Assembly (NCBI GenBank): GCA_965249575.1
Contig: OZ252244.1
Span: forward strand, 1,728,001-1,792,000
Reading direction: 5' to 3'
DNA from: Gemmatimonadales bacterium
GTDB taxonomy: Bacteria > Gemmatimonadota > Gemmatimonadetes > Gemmatimonadales > GWC2-71-9
DNA length: 64,000 nucleotides
Under the pieces are notes generated by a model. It saw only the letters and a list, made by a program, of their open reading frames with translations, had not been told where the DNA came from and made no database searches. Shown here in pieces: positions 41,234 to 51,394 of the stretch. The position numbers and the translations under genes are program-made. The first letter of the stretch is position 1. The number at the start of each line of letters is the position of its first letter.

Positions 41234-42586
41234 ATGTCCGATCGCCGGAGCCCACCCATTCGCGGTCGTGATCTGCCGCGGGGCGCGTCCGTTCTCGACG
41301 GTCGGGCGAGTCCCTCGCCCGCGGATCCCGCTGCCGAATCCGACTCGGCGGAATCCACTTACACACGGAGGGAGCTCCTTGCCGGCGCGGTCGGCGCAAC
41401 GGGCGCGGCGGTACTCGGAGGTGGCGTCCTGCGACAGCTCGCTGCCACCGAAGCCACGCCTTCGGCACAGTCGCAGGCGGTGGATACGACGACTCGGCAG
41501 GGAAGGCCGATCAGCAAGCTGGGCGTCAGGTCGCCGCACGAGAGTCCGGAGCGCGTCCTGTTCGCGAACTCCTCCGGGACACCACACGAGGATCTCCACG
41601 GGATCATCACTCCCGCGGACCTCCACTTCGAGCGACACCATGCGGGCATACCGAACATCGACCCGAGACAGTACACGCTGCTCGTGCACGGCATGGTCGA
41701 GCGCCCTACGGTTTTCACCCTCGAGGACCTCGAGCGCTTTCCGTCCACGTCGGTCATCCACTTCCTCGAGTGCTCTGGCAACTTCACCGCCGACTCGCCG
41801 GAGGACACGCGCCCTGCGCGGGTCGCGCCGCTCACGAGCACGAGTGAGTGGACGGGAGTCCCGCTGTCCGTCTTGTTCCGTGAGGTTGGCGTCCTGCCCG
41901 AGGCCACGTGGTTTTTGGCGGAAGGTCAGGATGCGGCGGTGATGACTCGCAGCATTCCGATAGCCAAGGCCTACGACGACGCCATAATCACATACGGTCA
42001 GAACGGTGAGGCGCTGCGGCCCGAGCAGGGATACCCTGCCCGTCTCCTCAATCCGGGTTGGGAGGGTAACTCGAACGTGAAATGGCTGCGCCGGATCGAG
42101 CTGTCCGACCGGCCCTTCATGACTCGGGAGGAGACGTCCAAATACACGGAGCCGATCGGTGACGGAAAGAGCCGTCAATTCTCGTTCGTGATGGACGCGC
42201 GGTCCCTGATCACCTATCCCGGCTACCCGCGAACCTTGGAGCCGGGGTGGATCGAGATCCGGGGCATCGCCTGGAGTGGAAGGGGGCGCATCGCCAGGGT
42301 CGAGATCAGCCTCGACGACAGGGACACCTGGGTCGAGGCCGACCTGCAAGAGCCGGTGCTGTCCAAGGCACACACGCGGTTCCGCTACTTGTGGAACTGG
42401 GACGGACGCGAGACCGCCATCTGGAGTCGGGCGATCGACGAGACGGGCTACGTGCAGCCGAGTCAGGAAGAGTGGATCGCGGCCCGCACGACCGCCTCAG
42501 GACCGTACCATCGGAATCCCACCACCGGTTGGCGCATCCGAGCGGACGGCTCGGTGATCTACCGCCGGCAGGAGTGGACGGCATGA
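41234..42586 (+). CDS. soxC: Tat-signal sulfite dehydrogenase/SoxC-like molybdoenzyme
   Basis: TRRELL; GIITPADLHFERHHAG, FLECSGN and QNGEALRPEQGYP motifs. Confidence 0.88.
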   Translation: MSDRRSPPIRGRDLPRGASVLDGRASPSPADPAAESDSAESTYTRRELLAGAVGATGAAVLGGGVLRQLAATEATPSAQSQAVDTTTRQGRPISKLGVRSPHESPERVLFANSSGTPHEDLHGIITPADLHFERHHAGIPNIDPRQYTLLVHGMVERPTVFTLEDLERFPSTSVIHFLECSGNFTADSPEDTRPARVAPLTSTSEWTGVPLSVLFREVGVLPEATWFLAEGQDAAVMTRSIPIAKAYDDAIITYGQNGEALRPEQGYPARLLNPGWEGNSNVKWLRRIELSDRPFMTREETSKYTEPIGDGKSRQFSFVMDARSLITYPGYPRTLEPGWIEIRGIAWSGRGRIARVEISLDDRDTWVEADLQEPVLSKAHTRFRYLWNWDGRETAIWSRAIDETGYVQPSQEEWIAARTTASGPYHRNPTTGWRIRADGSVIYRRQEWTA

Positions 42587-43203
42587 CGGCCCCATGGAGA
42601 GTCCCGCTGCCCGCGCTGATCGGCGCGGCCGCGGTGGCGTGCGGACCGGGAGCCCCGGCCGACGGAACGCCCTCGTCCGGCCTCGCCGGACATGTCGCGT
42701 TGGAGGCGCGCGCCGCGTCGGGAGCCCTGTCCGCTCCGTTCGGATTCGGGCGTCCGGCGAGGGCAGACGAGATCCGTGCGCAGGACATAGACGTCGGACC
42801 CGACGGGAGGGGACTGCCGGCGGGCTCCGGCGCCGTGGCCGAGGGCCGAGCGCTGTACGCCGCGCGTTGTGCCGTATGTCATGGCGCCAACGGCGAGGGC
42901 GGGCCGAACGATCGGCTCGTCGGGACCGAGCCGGTGGGGCCCGACGGGTTCCCGCGCACGATCGGGAACTACTGGCCGTACGCACCGACGCTGTTCGACT
43001 ACACGCGGCGTGCGATGCCTCTCGACACGCCAGGGTCCCTCACCGACGATCAGGTCTACGGGCTGGTCGCGTTTCTGCTCAACGCCAACGGTATCGTCGA
43101 GGACGACGCCATCATGGACGCGGCGACCCTGTCCCGCCTCGAGATGCCTGCAGTCGGCCGGTTCGTCCCCGACGACCGACTGGAGTACCAAGTCGTGAGG
43201 TAG
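42583..43203 (+). CDS. soxD: Monoheme cytochrome c, SoxD-like
   Basis: CAVCHG; TIGNYWPYAPTLFDYTRRAMP; ATGA overlap with soxC. Confidence 0.85.
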   Translation: MTAPWRVPLPALIGAAAVACGPGAPADGTPSSGLAGHVALEARAASGALSAPFGFGRPARADEIRAQDIDVGPDGRGLPAGSGAVAEGRALYAARCAVCHGANGEGGPNDRLVGTEPVGPDGFPRTIGNYWPYAPTLFDYTRRAMPLDTPGSLTDDQVYGLVAFLLNANGIVEDDAIMDAATLSRLEMPAVGRFVPDDRLEYQVVR

Positions 43204-43266
43204 TCAGGAGCCGGACGGTTTGTCGTGGCGCCAGCACGGGGTCGAATCGTAAGGCTGTTGCATCGG

Positions 43267-44112
43267 TTACTGACACCCTACGCTGCCTGGTTTCGATTTC
43301 CAGACCTTGGCAAACTCGCTGGCGATAACCCGTTCGCTGGCCGGCAGGCTCAGGTCGCGTACGAGTATCCTGATCCTATACGGCTTGCAATCGTTCAGGC
43401 CGTCGAGGGTCGCCGTAATGTCGAGCGAGCCACCGGGATGGACGGACCGGTGCGCCGGGGCAATCAGCGATAGCGTTGCCGGTACCGGTGCCCCCTGGCC
43501 CGTGACGCCCACAAGGTCGAGTTGTTCGTCGACCGTACCCCTGACCAGGATCTCGCTCACCGCCCCGCCCGGTGCGTAGCTCGTCCAGAAATCGGTGTAC
43601 GCTATACTCGGGCCGCTTGGGTTGTACGTCGCGCCACGCGGCTGGCCCCGGTGAAATGCAGCGGCGTCGAGGGTAATCCATGTTGCGCCCCCGTCAAAGC
43701 TCACTGCGGCGCCGTCCACCGTGTTGTCGGGATAATGCGCGCCGGCCTGGTAGATGGTGATCTGGTCAACCGTAGCCCCAAACGTGAACCGTGTTACGCC
43801 CACCGCATTCCGTGCGTACGCACCGAAGAACTCGCCCGCCTCGGTGTAGGAGCGTCGCTGTGATAACGTTCCGAACCCCTGCGGGTGGTTGAAGGTGTAG
43901 AAGATGCGGTCTCCGAAGCACGCGGTGTTCAGGCACTCGGCGTCCACGGGCACCGTCTCGGGTGTCGGCAGAATCTGCGTCGCCACGGGTCCCGCAACGG
44001 CAAAGGCGGGTCGCTGTTCGGTAATGTTGGTTGCTTCGGTCAGGTCCTGACAGCCGCAGAACACGAGCGCGGCGGCGAGCAAACACGGTGTCCTCGCCCA
44101 CATATCTTGCAC
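43267..44112 (-). CDS. Hypothetical lipoprotein
   Basis: Lipobox-like FCGC; no family recognised. Confidence 0.5.
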   Translation of the reverse strand: MQDMWARTPCLLAAALVFCGCQDLTEATNITEQRPAFAVAGPVATQILPTPETVPVDAECLNTACFGDRIFYTFNHPQGFGTLSQRRSYTEAGEFFGAYARNAVGVTRFTFGATVDQITIYQAGAHYPDNTVDGAAVSFDGGATWITLDAAAFHRGQPRGATYNPSGPSIAYTDFWTSYAPGGAVSEILVRGTVDEQLDLVGVTGQGAPVPATLSLIAPAHRSVHPGGSLDITATLDGLNDCKPYRIRILVRDLSLPASERVIASEFAKVWKSKPGSVGCQ

Positions 44113-45170
44113 TCCCAGTGTGTTGTGGTTGGTGCAACGGATCGGGGCCGCCGCGGTGCCGCCGCGACGTTTGATTCCTTCTTCATGTCTCGCACGTACG
44201 CGGCGCTAAGAACGGCGGTAGTCATTACTGGAGGGCAAATCCGGAGCCAGAACAGGACGACCCCGCCGCCGCGTTCGCCGGGTAACGGTATCCTGCCGCT
44301 GTGAAAGGAGTTGTGTCACATCGAGCCGTTACCGCCGGTCACATGAAAATTCCGAGACGCCGCATCGTTTCAATGCACATGCTACGAATCGAAGCACTCG
44401 GGAGGTGGGGCGTGCGGCGATAGAAATGTCAGGACCACTTCATAATAGTAGACGCAGTCGCGAACGTACCCGGCCGAATCTCGAACGGCTTATACGCACG
44501 CTCTCCGAGCGGCCTCCCTGGGACGGGCGTGAAACCCGCGCCTCTGCATCCGCGTCTTGCAGGCAGGAGGTGCTCGTATGAACTGGCTCTGGGTGGGCGC
44601 TGCGGCGCTCGTCGTCTGCGGCTCGATCTTCATCTACTGCGTCGCCAAGCGCCGCTGGACGAAACGCGGCCTCCTGGTCGGCCTTGTCAATCTCCCGGTG
44701 GTGGCCCTGGTCTCCGTCGCCCCCATACGCGGCTGGGCCGACCCCGAGTACGCCGGCTTCAGCGTCGGTCTCCTCCAGGCATCGCAGGGGCCGATGGTGC
44801 AAAGCGGTTGCAAACGGCGGGACCGAGACGTACTCGCCGAGGTTGATGCGAACGCCCTCGGGGTCGGTGACCAGACCGCCGATGAGGATGATGGCGAAAG
44901 TTGAGGGCGAGGAAACCGTCGACGACGGTGGGGAGCCACATCGCGCGGCCGACGCGGTTGAGGACCACGATACAGGCGGCGGCGAGGGCCGCGAGGAACA
45001 GGGAGCCGGCGACGAGGGTCGCTCCTCCTGCTGCTCTTCTTCCTTCCCCTCGCGGGTTCCTCGCTCTGGGCCTACCGGCGTACAGGACCTGACTCCACCT
45101 GACGCGATCGACCCGCTTCAGCGGCACAGCCCGCGCATCGACAGTCGTCGATAAACAGCATGCGCTTTGA

Positions 45171-45554
45171 TTACGCGAAGGTCTTCGCAACGCGATCAGA
45201 GATGAGAAAGTACCTCGTCCATACCACTGCCCACGAAATCGCAATGGACACGATTACCGACATGATCAAGACAGCCGATTTCGTCAACCGCGCTGGGTCT
45301 GCGAGCAGCACGCCGTGTAGCAGACGCACCGAGATCAGTCCCGCTCCAACCCATAGTCCCACAATGTTCCATTGTGGCGCAGACGAAACCTTCAAGACCA
45401 ACAGCACTAGCGGCACAGCGAGTAGGAGGAGGATTCCAACAAAGAGCCCCATGGGGTAGTTAAAGAACCACCCGGACAGCCCCGCGGCGTAAAGAGCCAG
45501 TACCGGCACCGAACCGATGAGATATACCAACAACCAACCCTTGATGCCGTCCAT
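45171..45554 (-). CDS. Hypothetical membrane protein (DUF2569-like)
   Basis: GIKGWL start; W..YF..S.RV..TF end. Confidence 0.6.
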   Translation of the reverse strand: MDGIKGWLLVYLIGSVPVLALYAAGLSGWFFNYPMGLFVGILLLLAVPLVLLVLKVSSAPQWNIVGLWVGAGLISVRLLHGVLLADPARLTKSAVLIMSVIVSIAISWAVVWTRYFLISDRVAKTFA

Positions 45555-45729
45555 CGGCCATCCTCCGATCGGAACACATGACGAAGATAGCGATGCCGCG
45601 CTGCGGCGTCAGTCACCGCCGGCAAGGTGTCGTGCAGTTGCCCCTCCTGGACTCGATGCGCGCAGCGCTGGCAGACGGCAAAGAGCGGGAGGGGTAAAGG
45701 AAACGGCGAGCTTACGCTCGCCGTTTGGA

Positions 45730-45770
45730 TTGCCCCTCCTGGGCTCGAACCAGGACTCTCCTTATCCAGA
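45730..45770 (-). repeat. att site: duplicate of the tRNA-Gln 3' portion
   Basis: Matches 59997-60037 at 40 of 41 positions. Confidence 0.93.
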
Positions 45771-45862
45771 TGGGCTAAGTTAGTGCGCCAATTGTGGTTA
45801 CATCTGACACACATCCCGGCAAGTTGCCACCATTCACGCGAGTTCGTGTCGTCCTTTGCCGG
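45764..45862. repeat. ~99-bp imperfect direct repeat, copy 1
   Basis: ATCCAGA..GGCTAAGTTA..CCAATTGTGGTTA..ACACATCCCGGCAAGTTGCCAC..ATTCACGCGAGTTCGT..GTCGTCCTTTGCCGG. Confidence 0.9.
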
Positions 45863-45982
45863 CGTTTGGGCCCTCGACGTCATGCCTTGTCACCCGTTTT
45901 CCTCGCACAGGTGTGCCGCCGCCACAGGGCTCACCCGATGCCAGGAGCGAACAGCAGGGACGCTGCGTTACATTAGTCGGCA

Positions 45983-46330
45983 ATGGACATACGGATGGTG
46001 AAGAGGATTGCCACTGCGCTGCTGCTGCTGGTGACCCTGGGTGCGCAGCCAGCGTGGGCGTGCGCCTGTGCGAGCCAATCGCACGGCGAGCGCTCCGACC
46101 ATGATCACGGGCACGGCGAGCACGGATCGCACGATCTCCGGCCGTGTCACGACGGAAGCATCACCGATCATCAGCACGCCGCGATCGCCGGTCTGTCGCC
46201 CGGCTTCCCTGGGCAACGGATTACCGAGGTAAGCTACACTGGCAGCGCGACCGCGTCGCGTCGAGACGCATCGCGGCTCTCACCCACACATTCCCTCCAA
46301 CAGGACATCCCCCCTCCGCGCACCTGCTGA
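45983..46330 (+). CDS. Small His-rich secreted protein ending PPPR (DUF2946-like)
   Basis: Signal peptide, CAC, HDHGHGEHGSH and C-terminal DIPPPRTC. Confidence 0.6.
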   Translation: MDIRMVKRIATALLLLVTLGAQPAWACACASQSHGERSDHDHGHGEHGSHDLRPCHDGSITDHQHAAIAGLSPGFPGQRITEVSYTGSATASRRDASRLSPTHSLQQDIPPPRTC

Positions 46331-46381
46331 CTGTTCTGCCAGCAGAGTAATCGACGATCCGACTTTGACGCGGAGGCAATC

Positions 46382-47188
46382 ATGCGGTTCTGCATGTTCG
46401 TCGCGGTTGCGGCGATACTGCTCACGCCGGCACCTGCGCCGGCTCAAGAGGGCCATCACGACCATTTTCACGACGGGGCGCACTCGCACCGCGGTCCGGG
46501 ACCCCACTTCATTGACGCATTCTTTACGGAGAATGCATTTCTCGAGCGGAAGCTGAGGCCCGACGTTTTCTTTTCGTCGGGCGACGATGGTAAGGATTAC
46601 ACGGCACAACTCGAGGTTGAATGGGTGTTGCTGCCACGTCTCTCAGCGATCGTCCACGCCCCGTTCCACCACGTCGCGCCCGACGGCTTCCCGAGCGAGA
46701 GTGGAATTGGAGACATCGGCATCGGCGCCAAGGCGGCGCTGGTCGATGACCAGAGCGCGTTCATTCTGGCGCTCGGCGCGGACCTCGAGCTTCCGACGGG
46801 TGACGAAAACCGGGGCCTGGGAGAGGAGCACGCGGCCATGGGACCGTTCCTGCTGGCCTGGCTGCCGTTCGGACCGGAGCGACGCTGGCTGCTTCAGACC
46901 TCGGCCCACGCACACATCCCACTGGAAGCGGATCCCGAATCCCACTTGGAGTTCAGCGCTGCGCTTTCCTGGACCTCGCCACTGGGGGTCTCGCCGATTC
47001 TCGAGGGTCTCGTGGAGTTTGAGGTTCAGGGTGGGCCCGCCAGTTGGGCGTTGGCGCCAGGGTTCCGGTTCGAGTTCGCGCCGGCGTGGGAATTAGGGGG
47101 CGCGGTGCGGTTCCCGGTCAGCGGCCCTCGGGAAGAAGACGTGCGCATTGCGGCCGGTGTCATCCGGCACTTCGCCCTACCGCGTTGA
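46382..47188 (+). CDS. Outer-membrane beta-barrel 'transporter' with His-rich N-terminus
   Basis: Signal peptide; HHDHFHDGAHSH; SGIGDIGIGAK...LPTGD..RGLG. Confidence 0.7.
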   Translation: MRFCMFVAVAAILLTPAPAPAQEGHHDHFHDGAHSHRGPGPHFIDAFFTENAFLERKLRPDVFFSSGDDGKDYTAQLEVEWVLLPRLSAIVHAPFHHVAPDGFPSESGIGDIGIGAKAALVDDQSAFILALGADLELPTGDENRGLGEEHAAMGPFLLAWLPFGPERRWLLQTSAHAHIPLEADPESHLEFSAALSWTSPLGVSPILEGLVEFEVQGGPASWALAPGFRFEFAPAWELGGAVRFPVSGPREEDVRIAAGVIRHFALPR

Positions 47189-47296
47189 GGTCAGGGTGTG
47201 CCTTACTGCCCTGGGGGACACCTACCCCGGCGCGGAAGCGAAATCTTCAAACACCGGAGCTAGGGTCCACGCACAGCAGTGGGCAGCGATCCCCTA

Positions 47297-47395
47297 ATCC
47301 AGAGTGGCTAAGTTATTGTCCCAATTGTGGTTAGATGTGAACACATCCCGGCAAGTTGCCACTATTCACGCGAGTTCGTTGTCGTCCTTTGCCGG
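47297..47395. repeat. ~99-bp imperfect direct repeat, copy 2
   Basis: Aligns with 45764-45862. Confidence 0.9.
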
Positions 47396-47604
47396 GGTTG
47401 AGTGGACGATGTAGCAGCGATTGCTAGGTACGCGCCTCAAATGTCCCAAGACCAACCATTGATGTCCCAAAAACGATCCATGCAGCGTAAACGGTCATCC
47501 GTCGGGTACTGGCCTCTGATCGCCCCTGCTCATCAACGCCGGCTCGGCCACGCTCAGTCGTCATACTCTCCGCAGCTCAAAATCTGATCGTTCTTGAGGA
47601 TGGG

Positions 47605-48210
47605 GTGGCAAATCCCTGGGAGTTGAGTGAGCCGAGTCCCCCGATTGTGGTGCACGACGACGAGCCTACCCTCCTGCTGGGGAGCAGCGAAGACCACCAC
47701 GTAGCGGTCACCGTATTCGCTCCCAAAGAGGCGATGGTAACGCTGTTGCTGTCGGAGACTTCCGCCCCTCCTGAGCTTGTAGTCGCTGGCGAGTGCGTCG
47801 ACGAGGGGCAACGGGTCTTTAGTCTGGTGACGTTGCCACGGGGCCTTCTAGTCAGACACACCGTGCCAATAGGGAAGAAGGATGGGAACTGCAGAGTAAT
47901 CCTCTCGGCCACCGACGCGCTAAGTCTGGCTCACGCTCAGATGATTCAATGGGATCTCGGCGAGCTTCGGGCGGCGATCGAACGGGACGCCGTTATCGCT
48001 GAGCAGAGAAGAACTGCTGAAAACGCCGCTAGGACCGAGTTGCTGAACGCGAGACGCGTCGAGGCAGTTCAAATCGCAGGCCACGACCACCGGCGATCAG
48101 GCGCGAGTCCTCTGGCGCGGCGGCTTTCGAGGAGCACTACGGAGGGCGTCGAGGAAGCCTGTTGGCAAATGCAGCGACCCTTCCGACGCACGTTTGATGA
48201 AGCCATTTAG
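47605..48210 (+). CDS. Hypothetical protein
   Basis: 201-aa ORF; 3' end overlaps the convergent methylase. Confidence 0.4.
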   Translation: MANPWELSEPSPPIVVHDDEPTLLLGSSEDHHVAVTVFAPKEAMVTLLLSETSAPPELVVAGECVDEGQRVFSLVTLPRGLLVRHTVPIGKKDGNCRVILSATDALSLAHAQMIQWDLGELRAAIERDAVIAEQRRTAENAARTELLNARRVEAVQIAGHDHRRSGASPLARRLSRSTTEGVEEACWQMQRPFRRTFDEAI

Positions 48211-49242
48211 GGCGCGATCCGACAGTCGACTCCAAGTCGAGTCCCGAAACGTCGCGATCGACGGGAGTGGTTCTGATACGGTCCTATTCCCTGCAGTCAC
48301 CTCCTCCCAGGCACCTGAGATGCTCCAAGCTGCGTTCGGCCACCGGCCACCTCTCTCCATCGGTTTCCGATCAAAGTCCAGCACGGCGCCGGGAGACTTC
48401 ACTCGACTGCCAATCCACTTGGCCACAGGAACGGACACGGCATTGCCGACCATCCGCCAGGCCGGCTTCGGATTCGACCCATCGCCGCCGATTGTGGTCC
48501 AACCGGCTTCGAATCCCTGAAGGCGTTCAGCGGCGGTCAAGCTCGGCACGAGCGCTTCTCCGTCAGTGAAGAGTACTGCCGGCGGGGAGGGAATCCCAAG
48601 GCCTGATCCAACCTTCAACGGTGGAATTCCATCAATGGTAAGCCCCACACCGGACCGGCCCTCAGTCCAGTAGAACCCCAGCGGCCTTTGAAGATCGGGC
48701 GACGGCTCATCCGGGGTGGGCGTCTCGTCGGCGAACAGAACCCCTCGAGGGTCAATCTCATTGCTCGCGACTAGGTAGACCCGCCGACGCCGCTGTGGCA
48801 ACCCGAATCCCATGGTGTCAAGCACGCGGTAGGCCCAATCGTACCCCAGCTTCTCGAACTCCGTAACCAACCACGTCATGGCAGCACCAGAATCGAGCTG
48901 GAGCATGAAACAAACATTCTCGATGATAACCATCGGTACACGTGATGCCCGAACCAGCCGGAAGATATTGTGCACTACCCCCGATTTCAGACCAGTGATG
49001 CCCGACTTGTCGCCAGCCATACTCAGGTTTTGGCATGGGAAGCCAGCAGTCAGTATAGTAGTACCGGGCGGGATCTGTTTGAGTTCGGCCACGTCCGAGC
49101 GAACCTCAGCCTGCGGGAACCGAGCCCTTAGAACTGCCTGGGCCGCCGGATCGATCTCGACCAGCGTCGCAGAGTCGAGACCAGCCCTTAGCAGACCCAG
49201 CTCCAGGCCACCGATTCCAGCAAAGAGACCCACTACGGTCAA
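48097..49242 (-). CDS. dcm: DNA (cytosine-5)-methyltransferase
   Basis: FAGIGG, GFPCQ, ENV, PQRRRR and GNAV motifs. Confidence 0.93.
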   Translation of the reverse strand: MTVVGLFAGIGGLELGLLRAGLDSATLVEIDPAAQAVLRARFPQAEVRSDVAELKQIPPGTTILTAGFPCQNLSMAGDKSGITGLKSGVVHNIFRLVRASRVPMVIIENVCFMLQLDSGAAMTWLVTEFEKLGYDWAYRVLDTMGFGLPQRRRRVYLVASNEIDPRGVLFADETPTPDEPSPDLQRPLGFYWTEGRSGVGLTIDGIPPLKVGSGLGIPSPPAVLFTDGEALVPSLTAAERLQGFEAGWTTIGGDGSNPKPAWRMVGNAVSVPVAKWIGSRVKSPGAVLDFDRKPMERGGRWPNAAWSISGAWEEVTAGNRTVSEPLPSIATFRDSTWSRLSDRALNGFIKRASEGSLHLPTGFLDALRSAPRKPPRQRTRA

Positions 49243-49371
49243 TGCCCTGCCCTTTGTCAGCGCGGTTTTGGACGACTAGCAAGAGAACCTTAATGACCAT
49301 CTGCCGATATCGCGACTGGCCGAGGCCATGGGTTAACCTGTGACCACTCCCATAGTGGAGATCGCCAACCT

Positions 49372-50739
49372 TTGACTACCACAAAAGCCCAGTCGCGCTA
49401 CCGGGAGATTAACGCCCTGCACCGTCGTTGCGGGGTTTACACCAAAACGGAGATTGTCGACAAGATCCTCGACGGTATTGGTTGGCGAGAAGAGATCGAC
49501 CTCTCCCAAGCGAGACTTCTAGAACCTGCGGCAGGAGACGGTGCATTTATTGTAGAAGCTGGTCGCCGCCTTATCATGTCGTGTCGCCGACATGGTTTAG
49601 ACCCGACAGCACAGTTGCTAAGGGACTGCATCACCGCATACGAACTCCACCCGCGAGCGGTCAAGCGCGCTCGCTGCCGCATAGTGCACATGCTTCGGCA
49701 ACTCAGCGTGCACCATGCTACCGCCAGTGCGTGCGCGCGAACGTGGATAACCAACTCCGACTTTCTCCTTACCAAGAGCCCTCCAGGCATGTTCACCCAT
49801 GCCGTCGGTAACCCCCCTTACATAAGGTGGTCTAAGATCCCGCCTGGCCTAAGAGCACGGTACGATCGGAGGCTCTCACCGGACGTTACCGGCGGTGATC
49901 TCTTCTTGCCGTTCCTAGACCTTTCCTTCGCACTGCTCCAGACCAAAGGACGTTGCGGGTTCCTGTGCTCGAATCGTTGGCGGTTCATGGCGTTCGCGGA
50001 ACGCTTCCGTGCTAAGTGGCTACCTCACCTCAAGATCACGTTAGAGGAGAGCGTCCGTGCCAACGACGTATTTGAGGCAAGCGTTGCGTCGTACCCCAAT
50101 GTCCTGATCGCATCGAAAGAGCCCAAACGCACTGTGAGAAAGCGCAGGCTGAGACGTTCCCCGCGGAAAACGCTGATCGAACTCGGCTGTTCCATAAAAG
50201 TCGGCCCAGCATTAGGACCCACCTCGGCATTCGTGTTGCAGCCCGGCGAACATGATGTGGAGAGTGAATTGCTGAACCCCTGGGTTGACGGATCCGAGAT
50301 CACAGAAGGAGCCATTCAGTGGCACGGCCGGCGAGTCATCGTCATGCACGATGACACCGGCCGGCTAGTAGACCTGGACCGGTTTCCCCTCCTGAGAGCC
50401 GGGTTGAGCGAACATCGGCGGGCACTGGGTCAACGCTCCATAGTTCGGCGAGGGGCGCCCTGGTTTCGACCAATTGACCGTGTACGCGCGGTAGATTGGC
50501 AGCGTTCGAAACTCCTCCTGCCCGAACTTGCGAGAAACCCGCGCGTGGCTATCGACAGATCCGGCGCCATACCATCACATGGAGTCTACGCGATTTGCCC
50601 GCCTCAGGATGATGTTGAGTCGCTGTACGCCAGACTGGGCGATGGTAAACTCGGACGGCTTTTGGCTGAAGTGGCGCCACAGGTAAAGGGTGGGTATTTA
50701 CGGTGCTATCGCAGGTTCTTGTCGCTCGTCCGTGTCTAA
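49372..50739 (+). CDS. N6-adenine DNA methyltransferase, gamma class (TaqI/PaeR7I-like)
   Basis: LLEPAAGDGAF (motif I) precedes GNPPY (motif IV). Confidence 0.88.
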   Translation: MTTTKAQSRYREINALHRRCGVYTKTEIVDKILDGIGWREEIDLSQARLLEPAAGDGAFIVEAGRRLIMSCRRHGLDPTAQLLRDCITAYELHPRAVKRARCRIVHMLRQLSVHHATASACARTWITNSDFLLTKSPPGMFTHAVGNPPYIRWSKIPPGLRARYDRRLSPDVTGGDLFLPFLDLSFALLQTKGRCGFLCSNRWRFMAFAERFRAKWLPHLKITLEESVRANDVFEASVASYPNVLIASKEPKRTVRKRRLRRSPRKTLIELGCSIKVGPALGPTSAFVLQPGEHDVESELLNPWVDGSEITEGAIQWHGRRVIVMHDDTGRLVDLDRFPLLRAGLSEHRRALGQRSIVRRGAPWFRPIDRVRAVDWQRSKLLLPELARNPRVAIDRSGAIPSHGVYAICPPQDDVESLYARLGDGKLGRLLAEVAPQVKGGYLRCYRRFLSLVRV

Positions 50740-51380
50740 GGTAAACCAAGCAGCTGTTTTAGTTTCTCGACATGAACCAAGGCCTGACGGGCTGAATTGG
50801 CGGCCTGATAGACTTCCTGGATCAAACGTAGCGCGCCGCTCTCGTATCCATGTAAGGCCACGATCATCGACAGGAACAGGAGCCATGGGTCCGATGTCCC
50901 TAAAGGATGGGCCGGATACCTGTCCGGTATCCAGGCGGGGATCTTCTTCGGGAGGATGGTTCGCCTTAGCAACCGCCGACTGAACTGGACGTGACCGTAG
51001 CCATGGTGCGTTGGCGGTGGATGGGCCGGCTCAAGTCGGTACGCAAGACATCCGTCACCAGACACCATCAAGAATAGTTCGAACGCAACAGTGAGACCGC
51101 CCCCTTCACGTACGCTTCTGGGGATGAAGAAGGCTCGCTCGAATCCTTGCCTACGCGGATGCTTTGGCCTTGGAATGAATCTGAGTTGCGCACCATTAGT
51201 ATGGTTGTACTCAGTGTTGAGCGTGATTGAGACTTGCGCCGGATTCTCCGCGATGTCGGATCCCAACCACTGGATCGCGCGCGTTCGGGTCCGAGTATCG
51301 ACTCGTTGCCACTCTGCCATTCCCCGAAGGGCGTACAGACGCATGAGTCCGCGAAGGTCTTCTGGCAGCACTTGAGCCAC
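50736..51380 (-). CDS. Hypothetical protein with a YRLE...HHGYGHVQF motif
   Basis: Last gene of the HK-REC operon; family not securely recognised. Confidence 0.65.
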   Translation of the reverse strand: MAQVLPEDLRGLMRLYALRGMAEWQRVDTRTRTRAIQWLGSDIAENPAQVSITLNTEYNHTNGAQLRFIPRPKHPRRQGFERAFFIPRSVREGGGLTVAFELFLMVSGDGCLAYRLEPAHPPPTHHGYGHVQFSRRLLRRTILPKKIPAWIPDRYPAHPLGTSDPWLLFLSMIVALHGYESGALRLIQEVYQAANSARQALVHVEKLKQLLGLP

Positions 51381-51394
51381 TCGTCTCTTCTCTA

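Noticed and set aside
44440..45160. Short membrane-protein-like ORFs
   Set aside because: Fragmentary and mutually overlapping; could not choose a real frame
45730..45770. Second tRNA-Gln gene
   Set aside because: Only the 3' 41 nt are present; treated as an att site
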